A DNA stretch of 35,895 bases, taken from Deinococcales bacterium (lineage in GTDB: Bacteria > Deinococcota > Deinococci > Deinococcales > JAAFIG01). Both the position numbers and the translations under genes were made by a program. The stretch spans positions 1 to 35,895 of the forward strand of contig JAYWGM010000025.1 of NCBI GenBank assembly GCA_043778225.1. Direction: 5' to 3'. Numbering within the stretch: position 1 is the stretch's first letter; every line of letters starts with the position of its first letter. The notes under the pieces were generated by a model. That model ran no database searches. It was not told the DNA's origin and worked only from the letters and a program-made list of their open reading frames with translations. Positions 1 to 8,895 of the stretch are shown here, piece after piece.

Positions 1-1
1 G

Positions 2-73
2 GTGTTGATGGCTGACCCCATTCGAGTGCGGAATCAGACCTTGTTTGCTTGGTGGGATCAGTTAGGGAAATAA
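2..73 (+). CDS. Possible 3' end of an upstream gene (partial)
   Basis: Open frame VLMADPIRVRNQTLFAWWDQLGK* from the window edge to TAA at 71-73; too short to assign. Confidence 0.3.
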   Translation: MLMADPIRVRNQTLFAWWDQLGK

Positions 74-302
74 TTTAAGTCTTTATCCGAGTTTCTTATC
101 ACACAGTACCAATAGCCAATTCCTAACGCACAACGCGACCCATTTTTATTGCAACTAAACAAGTTCAATGTTGTTGAACTCACCGCAATCAAGGTCAAGC
201 CAGCTTCACCACTCTACTTTTACGTCATCAAAGTTTCAGATAACGGGTTTATACCTTCAGGACTTCCACACATCACAGCTATAGCAGAACCGGATAAAAA
301 TT

Positions 303-340
303 AAACAAAAAACCCCTTGAGTGACCGACTCGAGGGGTTT
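303..340 (-). terminator. Intrinsic terminator of the acyl-CoA dehydrogenase gene
   Basis: Hairpin AAACCCCTTGAGT-GACCG-ACTCGAGGGGTTT with an A-run at 303-312 (U-tract on the minus strand), about 15 nt past the stop codon. Confidence 0.8.
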
Positions 341-354
341 CTCAAAACCATTGC

Positions 355-2136
355 TTACTTGAGTGGGTAGCCATCCGCCTCGAGAACGGCGGCTGCCACC
401 TCACGGCGCAACTGAATAATGTTGACCGCCTCGGTTTTAGTAAAGCGCCGTAAAGCTGCCATGGTCATGCGGAAATCGTCGCCAGACAGGAAACTCGAGA
501 TGGCTTCACGTCCACTGCTCATGGCTTTATCGGCGGCTTGGGCGACCAGAATTTGTGCCATGGCGGTTGCAATTTTTGCATCCTTGCCGCTTTGGACAAT
601 TTTTTGGGCGCGAACCACAGCGCTTTCGGCAACATAGGCATGGATAATCATGTCAGCAGTTCGCATCATGGTTTCTTGTTGTTCGCCAAGTTTTGTGCCA
701 AATTTTTGGGCTGCACTGCCAGCCACCGCTAAAGCTGCCTTTTTGAGGTTTGCCACAACTTTGGTCTCGCTTGCTAAAGGTGCATCGGATTCGTCAAGGT
801 CAAAGCTCGGCTCGAGCAATTCGGCTTGGAGTTTTTGGGCGGCTTGGAGCAAAGGCAATTCGCCTTTGAGCGCCATTTTCAGTAACTCGCCCGGAATCAG
901 CATTCGGTTGATTTCGTTTGTGCCTTCAAAGATGCGGTTAATCCGAGCATCACGGTAGGCTCGAGCCATTGGGTACTCTTCGGAATAACCAAATCCGCCA
1001 AAGACCTGTAAGCCCTCGTCGGCACACATCGAAAGCACTTCGGTCGCAAAAACTTTAACCATGCTGGCTTCAACACGGTGCGTTTCGATCGCTTTAAGTT
1101 TATCCATGCCTTTTTCGACGGCAGCATCTATTGCGCCAGTCACACGGTAGGTAATTGTTTCGGCAGCAAAAATACTGGCTGCCATTTGCCCTAATTTCTC
1201 GAGAATCGCGCCGTAGCTGGCAATCGGCTTACCAAAACTATGGCGTTCTTTGGCGTATTTGGCAGAATGCTCGAGAATCACTTTACTGCCACCCGCCCCA
1301 CCCGAACCGAGCTTATAACGACCCATATTGAGGATATTAAAAGCAATTTTTGCGCCCCAGCCGACTTCGCCCAGTAAGTTTGCCACGGGAACTTTGACAT
1401 CCTCGAGAATTAATTGGGTGGTGCTGCTGAGTTTAATGCCAAGTTTTTCTTCTTCTTTGCCAAGACTGACCCCAGCAAAAGCGCGTTCAACCAAAAACGC
1501 GCTAAATTTATTGCCTTCGGGGGTTGGAACATGGGCAAAAACCGTAAACATATCGGCAATACCGCCGTTGGAAATCCACATTTTTGTACCACTCAAAAGA
1601 TAATGGCTACCATCTTCGGACAGCACGGCTTTGGCTTTGGCGGCTTGGGCATCCGAGCCAGACCCCGGTTCGGACAGACAGTACGCGCCAATCAGTTTAC
1701 CGTTTGCCATGTCTGGCAAGTATTTTTCTTTGGTTGCTTGGCTGCCAAAATAAACCAACGGTAACATTCCGATGCTGGCATGAGCGCCAAACGAAACCGC
1801 AAAACCGCCACCTCGAGAGAGCGCTTCGCCAACGTAGCAAGCTAGGGTTTTAGAAAGGTCAAGCCCACCGAATTCCTCGGGGACTTCGAGCAGAAAAAAG
1901 CCTTGCTCGCCGCATTCATGCAGGATTTTTTTGAGCAGGTCGTTGTTGTGATGCTCTAAGGTTTCCTGGTTGGCAACCACTCGAGCCTTGACAAATTCTT
2001 CGACGGCGCGAAACATCTCGCGCATATCTGGGGTGAAATCCTCTGGGGTGTAGACATCGGCGTGGGTAGCAGCTTCTAAAAGAAATGTCCCACCGGGTTT
2101 GACAGTCTTTATGGCTTCTGGGCGTTCAGCAATCAT
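355..2136 (-). CDS. fadE: Acyl-CoA dehydrogenase, long FadE/ACAD9-VLCAD-like form
   Basis: AYCLSEPGSGSDA, GTKMWISNG, QVFGGFGY and RINRIFEGTNEINR motifs plus C-terminal extension; GGAGG RBS upstream. Confidence 0.93.
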   Translation of the reverse strand: MIAERPEAIKTVKPGGTFLLEAATHADVYTPEDFTPDMREMFRAVEEFVKARVVANQETLEHHNNDLLKKILHECGEQGFFLLEVPEEFGGLDLSKTLACYVGEALSRGGGFAVSFGAHASIGMLPLVYFGSQATKEKYLPDMANGKLIGAYCLSEPGSGSDAQAAKAKAVLSEDGSHYLLSGTKMWISNGGIADMFTVFAHVPTPEGNKFSAFLVERAFAGVSLGKEEEKLGIKLSSTTQLILEDVKVPVANLLGEVGWGAKIAFNILNMGRYKLGSGGAGGSKVILEHSAKYAKERHSFGKPIASYGAILEKLGQMAASIFAAETITYRVTGAIDAAVEKGMDKLKAIETHRVEASMVKVFATEVLSMCADEGLQVFGGFGYSEEYPMARAYRDARINRIFEGTNEINRMLIPGELLKMALKGELPLLQAAQKLQAELLEPSFDLDESDAPLASETKVVANLKKAALAVAGSAAQKFGTKLGEQQETMMRTADMIIHAYVAESAVVRAQKIVQSGKDAKIATAMAQILVAQAADKAMSSGREAISSFLSGDDFRMTMAALRRFTKTEAVNIIQLRREVAAAVLEADGYPLK

Positions 2137-2222
2137 ACAAAACCTCCGTGCCTCGAGACAATCGCGTCAAACTCGAGGACAAATTGAAATTCTTGTACTT
2201 AGTCTAACAAAATTTTGGAGCT

Positions 2223-2290
2223 TCGTAAAGTATCAAAATCGTTTCATCGTAACGTATCAAAATCGTTTCATCGTAACGTATCAAAATCGT
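2223..2290. repeat. Tandem repeat, 24-bp unit GTATCAAAATCGTTTCATCGTAAC, about 2.8 copies
   Basis: Exact units at 2230-2253 and 2254-2277, partial copies at 2278-2290 and 2223-2229. Confidence 0.92.
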
Positions 2291-2339
2291 CAGGATTTTA
2301 TTTTGGATACTTGGTCTTTTTTCACGGTAGAATCAAGCC

Positions 2340-3083
2340 ATGAGACAATCACGAAAAATTTTAGTGACGGGTGCTTCACGCGGTCTTGGTCAAGCCATCG
2401 CGCTCGAGCTTGGCAAACTTGGTCATAGCATTGCAGTCCATTATGGGCGTTCAAGCAGCGAAGCCGAAAATGTAGCTGAGCAAATCCGTGCCAATGGCGG
2501 GCAAGCGGTCTTGATTCAAGGCGATTTATCGAGTCTCGAGGGTGCAAAAGCCGTGGCGCTGGCAGCTACCCAAGCGCTGGGTGGTCTCGAGGTGCTGGTC
2601 AATAACGCTGGGATTACCAAGGATGGCTTGGTGATGCGAATGAAGGATGAGGATTGGGAGGCGGTCTTGGACACCAATTTATCAGCGCCGTTTGCTTTAA
2701 TTCGTGGGGTCATTCGTGGAATGCTAAACGCCAAATGGGGACGGATTGTCAATGTCTCGAGTGTGGTCGGCTTAATGGGCAACCCCGGGCAAGCCAATTA
2801 TATTGCCGCTAAAGCTGGTTTGATTGGCTTAACCAAAGCCATTGCCAAAGAATACGGCGCGAAAGGAATTACCTGTAATGCGGTTGCGCCGGGCTTTATC
2901 GAGTCGGACATGACCAAAAAATTACCCGAAGCCCTGAAAAATAAGTACCTCGAGAGCATTCCGGCTGGGCGTTTTGGGCAACCCGAGGACGTGGCAGCCG
3001 TGATTGCCTTTTTGGTTTCGGATGGGGCAGCTTATGTCAATGGGCAAACAATTGCCGTGGATGGTGGCTTGTACGCTCATTGA
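2340..3083 (+). CDS. fabG: 3-oxoacyl-ACP reductase
   Basis: TGASRGLG, NNAGITKDGLVMRM, GNPGQANYIAAKAG (YxxxK) and VAPGFIESDMT; TAGAAT box 6 nt before the ATG. Confidence 0.93.
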   Translation: MRQSRKILVTGASRGLGQAIALELGKLGHSIAVHYGRSSSEAENVAEQIRANGGQAVLIQGDLSSLEGAKAVALAATQALGGLEVLVNNAGITKDGLVMRMKDEDWEAVLDTNLSAPFALIRGVIRGMLNAKWGRIVNVSSVVGLMGNPGQANYIAAKAGLIGLTKAIAKEYGAKGITCNAVAPGFIESDMTKKLPEALKNKYLESIPAGRFGQPEDVAAVIAFLVSDGAAYVNGQTIAVDGGLYAH

Positions 3084-3095
3084 TGCGGCATACGC

Positions 3096-6000
3096 TCATT
3101 GACGGTTTGTCTGCTCAAAAGCCCGCAGTTCGTCAAGGACATGGGTCATTTGGATTTTTCCACTGATGCGCTCGGCGATTTGTAAAATCAGGTTGGCATC
3201 GGCTTCGCTAAACGCATAAGTCTCGGTAGACTCGAGGTTAATTACGCCCAGCACTTGTTTTTGGTTAGTAATCGGCACACAGAGTTCGCTCTGAATTTTT
3301 CCAGACAGATGCACAAAATCGGGTTCAAGACTGGCATCGTTAATCAGCATGACTTGGTTATTTTTAATACTGCGAACCATCACGCCGCGTCCGCTCATGG
3401 CATGAGCAGCAATCGTGTGCTGATAGCCAACCGCGTGTTGCAGCACCAATTGGTCTTGCTCGAGCAGATAGATACTGACCATCGGGACTTCGAGGGTTTG
3501 GCTGATGCTGACCACAATATCTTGAATCAGTTTTTGGGTGGTATCCGCAAAAGATGCCGCATTGCGAATCGTATCAATCAGTTCTAAGCGCTTGGTTTGG
3601 GCATAGCTTTGTTCGTACAATTCGCGGTACTGATTTTCGGACTCGGCTAAAGCACGCCTTTGTTCTGCCTCGAGTCTTTTTTGCTCGAGTTCGGCGCTGA
3701 TGTCGCGCAAAAGAATAATCGAACCCTTAAAAATTTCTTGCTCGAGCCGTGGATAAGACCTGCCTTCAAGGCTGATGATTGAGCCATCAATGCGCTTGAC
3801 CCCAAAACGGTAAGTGCGGGTTTGCCCTTGGTGGATAAATTGTCTTTCGGCAATCAGCGCTTCTAAGTCTTCGGGAATCACCCAAGTAAAGACGGGCAGC
3901 CCAATCATCGCTTGGCTCGAGCCACAACCCAGCAGTTCGACTGCGCCGGGGTTGGCATACTCGACGATACTTTCGGGGCTGACAAACAACAAACCTTCGG
4001 TGATTGCATTGGCAACCAAAGTCACGGTACGGCTTTCGCGTTCAAGGGCGCGGCGGGCTTGGTGGGTGGCTTGCTCGAGCGCAAGCTGCTCGCTGATGTC
4101 ATAAATTGTGGCAATTGTGCCTTGCCATTGTCCATGCGAGTCATAGCGCGGCGAGCCATAACCTTCGATAAAGACACTATGACCATCTTTATGAAGGATG
4201 CGATAGCGGTATGCTCCCGCTTGTCCAGAGCGTCGTTCTGACAGCGCAAGCTCGAGCAATTGATGATCATCGGGATGAATCAGTGCCGAGGGGTGTTTGC
4301 TTTGTAAATCTTCTAAGGTATAACCAAATAATTTGGTAAAAGCTGGATTGATGTATTCAAAACGTAAATCGCTGTTGGTCACCACCAAACCCGCTTGTAA
4401 ACCATTGGTAATCGAGAGGGCATAATCACGTTCTTGTTCGATTTTTTGCTCGAGTACCAGCAAAGAGGAAGTGACTTTACTGGTAAATTCGTTTTCGGCT
4501 TGGAGTTGCCTTTGAATTTTGCTGATTTCTGCGCCATGTTTTACTTCAAGGCTGATGTCACGGATAAAACCAATTCCACCACCAACCAAGTTGCCATGGC
4601 GGTCATGGCGTGGGTAGCCGGTCACTTCGATCGGCAATTGACTGCCATCCTTGTGAATTGCCGTATAGCGATTGACTGTGCGCCAGCCTTCGTTGCGTTC
4701 TTGAAGGGCGGCTTTGACTTCTTCGGTATTGATCACCAAATCGGTTGGGCTGAGTCCAATCAGTTCTTCGGGTTCATAGCCAAGCATTCTGGCATAGACT
4801 GGGCTGACATATTCAAAAACGCCTGCTTCGTTGTTGACCGTTACACCTTGTTCGATCGTCTCGAGAACCATTTGGGCAAAGGCTTGTTGTTGCGCTAATT
4901 CGGTTTGGGTATGCAGCAGGGCTTCTTGGGTCTGACGTTTCTCGAGGGTCGTCTGATTGATGTCGCTGGTATCAATCACGACTGCATTTGCTCCAACAAA
5001 GACTCCTGCTTGAAGAATCGGTCGGATAAAAACCTCGACCGTAAAATCTCTAAAATCAAATGAAGCATTAAATTCGTCGCCAGCCAAGGCACTTTCAATT
5101 AGGTTGGCAATAATTGGGTCATCAAAGACTTCTAGTAAAGGTGTACCAAGTAAATTCTGCGCCATCGCTTCGCCACCAAAGTGTTTGACCCCCTTGCCCT
5201 CGAGCAGCGTCAGGCAGCCATTGGTATCAATCGCAATTGCCAGAATCGGCAAGGAATCGAGCAATTGTTCGATTCGCCGTGAAGCCTCGAGCAAGGCTTG
5301 TTGTGACCCCACACGCTCGGTCACATTTAAGGCAATCGCAATTGTGCCAGTCTGTTGGTCTTGCTCAATGATTGGCTTGACCCACGCATCAAAAGTTTGG
5401 TCGCGCCACTGCACCAATTGATTGACGGTTTTACCTTGGCTGGCTTGACTAAACATCGCCAAGGCTTCGGGGGCTTCGGTCAGGTCTTTGGCGAGGCTGT
5501 TACCGACTTGCGCCCGATGTCCTCCAATGGCTAGGGCATTTCGGACTTGATTGAGTGCGCCACCATGAATACTGGTGATTTGCCCGTTCATATCGGCTTT
5601 GACCAGCAATAACGGCAACTGACTAATCACCAATTCAAGGTCGCTCTGAACCCGCTCGAGTTGCTGTTTGGTTTCGACTTGCTGACTGATGTCCACCGCT
5701 AAAACATTGCAGCCCGCAATTCTGCTGTTTGCAAGCAGTGGCACAACCCAAATTTCATATTTGTGATTGCGCCACGAAATCGTCGTGTGGGTGGCTTGTC
5801 CGTGCAATGCCTGATAGACAATTTGTTGAATTTCGGACTGGTCAGCAAAAATTTCGGAGATTGTTAGACCAAGTAAATCATCGCTGCCACGCTGAAAATT
5901 TTTGAGCAAATTGCCTTCGATAAAAGTCAGCACAGCTTTGGTATCGGTCTGTAAAAATAACATCGGTAAATGCTGCACCAAACTCTGAAAACGTTCAATT

Positions 6001-6893
6001 GTGACATTGCGGGCGGGGTCTGCCGATAAACCACTGAACTCGAGAATTCCACTGACCTCACCAGCCGCATTGTAAATCGCTTGGAGGCTCGAGCGGACTT
6101 GAATCCGAAATCCAGACTGGTGCAAGCGAGTGACCAAATGCGGGGCAACTGGTTTATGGGCTAACCTTTGCACCAAACGCAAAAAAGACGCTTGGTCATC
6201 GTTTGGAATCAGCACCGTGATGGATTGCCCAAGCATTTTCTGGCTCGAGAAACCATAGGTCGCTTCTGCGCCTGTGTTCCAAGCAAAAATTTTACCACTT
6301 GGGTCAAAAGCCACAACACTTTCTTTGGCTTGCATCACCGCATCCTCGAGTAGCGAAGCGGTGGTGCTGGGCTTTTCTTGCTGACTGAGGCTTAAAGCGG
6401 TATTGATGCTTTTCATGGCAAGGTTAGCAATACCTGTCAGTAACTCGAGTTGTGGTGTTTCTAGGCTGTGTGCTTGTTGGTCTAAAATCAGGATTGACCC
6501 CATCACATGACCAGAATGAGACCACAATGGAATACTGACCACAAACTGGTAGTTCTCTATTCCCAAAAAGGCTTCGATGTTGCAAACCACGCTTGGCTCG
6601 CTCGAGTGGCTTATTTTGGCAGGGGCAAACCAAGTAAAATCTTTTGGTAAACTCCGCGCCAGTTGTTCTGAACCTAAGCCGTGGGTGGTGATTAAACGCA
6701 CACTGTTGCTCGAGACCCAGCAGACCGCCGCGACTTTTGCGCCAATCGCATGGCTTGCCAGTTCAGCAGCTTGTTGCAAAGTGCTGCTGGCAAGTTGCCG
6801 AACTGGGGCGTATTCGGTCAGCATATCGGCTTTTAACCAAGGGTTAAAGACCTTATTTGATTGGCTGGTTTTGATTTGAATACGCTCATTCAT
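3096..6893 (-). CDS. Cytoplasmic multi-sensor protein: GAF, about 7 PAS/PAC domains, C-terminal GAF, no recognisable output domain
   Basis: PAS signatures (WNTGAEATYGFS, YVSPVYARMLGYEPEELIG, YINPAFTKLFGYTLEDL, YANPGAVELLG); GAF signatures (SIPLWSHSGHVMGSILILD, SELCVPITNQKQVLGVINLES); GGGAGA RBS. Confidence 0.88.
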   Translation of the reverse strand: MNERIQIKTSQSNKVFNPWLKADMLTEYAPVRQLASSTLQQAAELASHAIGAKVAAVCWVSSNSVRLITTHGLGSEQLARSLPKDFTWFAPAKISHSSEPSVVCNIEAFLGIENYQFVVSIPLWSHSGHVMGSILILDQQAHSLETPQLELLTGIANLAMKSINTALSLSQQEKPSTTASLLEDAVMQAKESVVAFDPSGKIFAWNTGAEATYGFSSQKMLGQSITVLIPNDDQASFLRLVQRLAHKPVAPHLVTRLHQSGFRIQVRSSLQAIYNAAGEVSGILEFSGLSADPARNVTIERFQSLVQHLPMLFLQTDTKAVLTFIEGNLLKNFQRGSDDLLGLTISEIFADQSEIQQIVYQALHGQATHTTISWRNHKYEIWVVPLLANSRIAGCNVLAVDISQQVETKQQLERVQSDLELVISQLPLLLVKADMNGQITSIHGGALNQVRNALAIGGHRAQVGNSLAKDLTEAPEALAMFSQASQGKTVNQLVQWRDQTFDAWVKPIIEQDQQTGTIAIALNVTERVGSQQALLEASRRIEQLLDSLPILAIAIDTNGCLTLLEGKGVKHFGGEAMAQNLLGTPLLEVFDDPIIANLIESALAGDEFNASFDFRDFTVEVFIRPILQAGVFVGANAVVIDTSDINQTTLEKRQTQEALLHTQTELAQQQAFAQMVLETIEQGVTVNNEAGVFEYVSPVYARMLGYEPEELIGLSPTDLVINTEEVKAALQERNEGWRTVNRYTAIHKDGSQLPIEVTGYPRHDRHGNLVGGGIGFIRDISLEVKHGAEISKIQRQLQAENEFTSKVTSSLLVLEQKIEQERDYALSITNGLQAGLVVTNSDLRFEYINPAFTKLFGYTLEDLQSKHPSALIHPDDHQLLELALSERRSGQAGAYRYRILHKDGHSVFIEGYGSPRYDSHGQWQGTIATIYDISEQLALEQATHQARRALERESRTVTLVANAITEGLLFVSPESIVEYANPGAVELLGCGSSQAMIGLPVFTWVIPEDLEALIAERQFIHQGQTRTYRFGVKRIDGSIISLEGRSYPRLEQEIFKGSIILLRDISAELEQKRLEAEQRRALAESENQYRELYEQSYAQTKRLELIDTIRNAASFADTTQKLIQDIVVSISQTLEVPMVSIYLLEQDQLVLQHAVGYQHTIAAHAMSGRGVMVRSIKNNQVMLINDASLEPDFVHLSGKIQSELCVPITNQKQVLGVINLESTETYAFSEADANLILQIAERISGKIQMTHVLDELRAFEQTNRQ

Positions 6894-7033
6894 ACATTTC
6901 TCCCGAATCGGGGTTTATTAGAACAATCTTTAGTTCACAAATAACTGACGCGACTTACAAAAGTATGACACAGTGTCGGGCTTTTGGTTTTTAGAGTTTA
7001 AGACGAATGCGTTTTGATAAGAACCAACCAAGG

Positions 7034-7092
7034 TATGGGCAGTAACCAATCCAGCTATGGGCAGTAACCAATCCAGCTATGGGCAGTAACCA
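7034..7092. repeat. Tandem repeat, 22-bp unit TATGGGCAGTAACCAATCCAGC, about 2.7 copies
   Basis: Units start at 7034, 7056 and 7078. Confidence 0.92.
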
Positions 7093-7114
7093 CTCAATCT
7101 GGTAGGCTAAAGGT

Positions 7115-7870
7115 ATGAATGAAACAAAACCCAACAATCCTTGGGGAATTGCGATTGTGATGCTGATTGTCGGCTTCTTTGCGGGCTTATTGGCTGCGCC
7201 GCGCTCTGCGCCAGTGGTTGCCAACCCCTCAGCCTCGAGTAGCCTTGACCTGAGTGGTAAAGCTCCAATTGTCCTCAATCTCGAGCAGAACGGGCAAAAA
7301 AGCCAGATTGTCGGTAATCCACTGCTTGCCGATGCCAGCAGTGGCGCAACCTATATTTTAGGGCAAGCCAGCGCCAAAGTGACGATGATTGAATTTGGCG
7401 ATTATCGCTGTGGCTACTGCCGTTTATTTACCACCCAGACTTTTCCTAAAATTTTAGAGCAGTATGTTAAAACTGGTAAAATTCGCTATATCTACCGCGA
7501 TACGGTCAGTGTTGGCGGCGAACAAACCGTGACGGTCTCGAGTGTCGCGGCTTGCGCCAATGAACAAGGTAAATTCTGGGATTTTCATGCCATGGCACAC
7601 AATAATCTCGAGACTTGGGGCAATGCCAATGGCACAGAACTGATCAGTACCCTGACACAAATGAGTCAGCAAATTGGGATCAATGGTACGACCTTACAAA
7701 GTTGTGTCTCGAGCAACCACCATGCCACAAGACTCAAAACCGACATCGAACTGGCACAGCGCTTTGGGGTCACGGGGACACCTTCGTTTGTGATTAACGG
7801 CTACTTTTTTAGTGGGGCATTACCTTTTGAGGTCTACCAAAAGATTTTTGAATCTTTTGGTGTGGTCTAG
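7115..7870 (+). CDS. Membrane-anchored DsbA/BdbD-family thiol:disulfide oxidoreductase
   Basis: N-terminal hydrophobic helix, EFGDYRCGYC (CxxC) and GVTGTPSF cis-Pro loop; TAGGCT box 6 nt upstream. Confidence 0.88.
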   Translation: MNETKPNNPWGIAIVMLIVGFFAGLLAAPRSAPVVANPSASSSLDLSGKAPIVLNLEQNGQKSQIVGNPLLADASSGATYILGQASAKVTMIEFGDYRCGYCRLFTTQTFPKILEQYVKTGKIRYIYRDTVSVGGEQTVTVSSVAACANEQGKFWDFHAMAHNNLETWGNANGTELISTLTQMSQQIGINGTTLQSCVSSNHHATRLKTDIELAQRFGVTGTPSFVINGYFFSGALPFEVYQKIFESFGVV

Positions 7871-7958
7871 CAGGTTATTCAACAAAGAGAAAAGACTAAG
7901 CTGTACGGTTTCTCGAGGATGGCTAAAGTGTCTTTGCAAATCTTGGTATAATTTTTTT

Positions 7959-8336
7959 ATGAAAGCTGCTTGGATTATCTTGAGTACCGCCGTTGGGATT
8001 GGTTTTGGCTATGCAACTTTGGGTGTACTTTCGCTGCTTGGCACAACCCAACTCGGTTGGCAACTGTGGTGGCTCGAGCCGAGCGTTGGGCTGGGTGCAG
8101 GGCTGGTGTGTTTTGCAATCTGCCAAAAGGCGGCGGGTCAGCCAAGCCAAGCCCATAACCGAGGCGAACGGGCGATTTGGCGTTTGGCATACCGCCGAGG
8201 CTGGGAACTGAGTTTAGAGCAAATTTTAGCCGAAACGATGCTCGAGGAAAGCGCGGCTCGATCCACGCTCCAAAACCTCGAGCAAAAAGGACAAGCCGTG
8301 CTGACTGCTCCTAACAAATGGCGGTTACAAACATAA
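7959..8336 (+). CDS. Hypothetical membrane protein (2 TM plus possible winged-helix C-terminus)
   Basis: Start moved to ATG 7959 (TATAAT at 7947-7952, 6 nt upstream); two hydrophobic segments, then LSLEQILAETMLEESAARSTLQNLEQKG. Confidence 0.7.
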   Translation: MKAAWIILSTAVGIGFGYATLGVLSLLGTTQLGWQLWWLEPSVGLGAGLVCFAICQKAAGQPSQAHNRGERAIWRLAYRRGWELSLEQILAETMLEESAARSTLQNLEQKGQAVLTAPNKWRLQT

Positions 8337-8362
8337 AATATCAATGTGCTATATTCTCGGAC

Positions 8363-8611
8363 ATGAGTTTGCTCGAGTTAAAAAATCAGGCATTGCAATT
8401 ATCGTTTCACGAACGAGCCGCTTTAATGCGTGACTTAAAAAAGTCTTTATCGGAAGCTGAACTCGATGCGCTACTTCTTGAGGAATCCCTGACTCGTTTG
8501 ACCGAGTTGAAAAACGGTACTGTGCAACGTGTTTCTGGAAACAAGTGGTATCAACGTGGCAAAAATGCTGCGTTGAGCCTTTCATCCTCATGCAATCACA
8601 CAAATGCTTAA
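8363..8611 (+). CDS. Addiction-module antitoxin (TIGR02574-like), C-terminus probably frameshifted
   Basis: MSLLELKNQALQLSFHERAALMRDLKKSL...EESLTRLTELKNGTVQ fits the family pattern; TATATT box 7 nt upstream; directly precedes a RelE/ParE gene. Confidence 0.72.
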   Translation: MSLLELKNQALQLSFHERAALMRDLKKSLSEAELDALLLEESLTRLTELKNGTVQRVSGNKWYQRGKNAALSLSSSCNHTNA

Positions 8612-8879
8612 AGCTGAGGATTACTTTGAGCGTATCCATGCCAAATTAGCCTTACAATTTCGGGAAGCCATAAATCTCGAGATTGAAACATTGCTTGAAT
8701 TCCCCGAATCTGCGCCAGTGGTACATCCACGCGGTTTAAGACGGCGGCTATTAACTGGTTTTAAGTTTAAGATCATTTATATCATCTATATCATCGAAGA
8801 GGAACTTGGCTTGCTCACCATTTTATCGGTGCGGCATACGAGTCAAGCTGATGAGTTCTTAGACCAGTTGCTCGATTAA
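8565..8879 (+). pseudogene. RelE/ParE-family toxin with an interrupted N-terminus (intact ORF only 8604-8879)
   Basis: In-frame MLR*AFHPHAITQMLKAEDYFE with TGA at 8574-8576; FHPxA, FPES, RRRLL and ILSVRH ParE-like motifs; 9-bp duplication giving IIYIIYII. Confidence 0.62.
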
Positions 8880-8895
8880 GTTGTAAAATAATTTT

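Noticed and set aside
74..304. Open stretch PIPNAQRDPFLLQLNKFNVVEL...PDKN* as a gene remnant
   Set aside because: Preceded by an in-frame TAG, with no clear start/RBS and no recognisable family.
2223..2290. Possible mini-CRISPR array
   Set aside because: Units are head-to-tail with no unique spacers; no cas genes in the window.
7034..7092. Possible CRISPR array or plasmid iterons
   Set aside because: No spacers, under 3 copies, and no rep or cas gene nearby.
8574..8576. TGA as selenocysteine or programmed readthrough in the toxin
   Set aside because: No SECIS-like hairpin seen, the position is not a Cys site, and other lesions point to decay or sequencing error.
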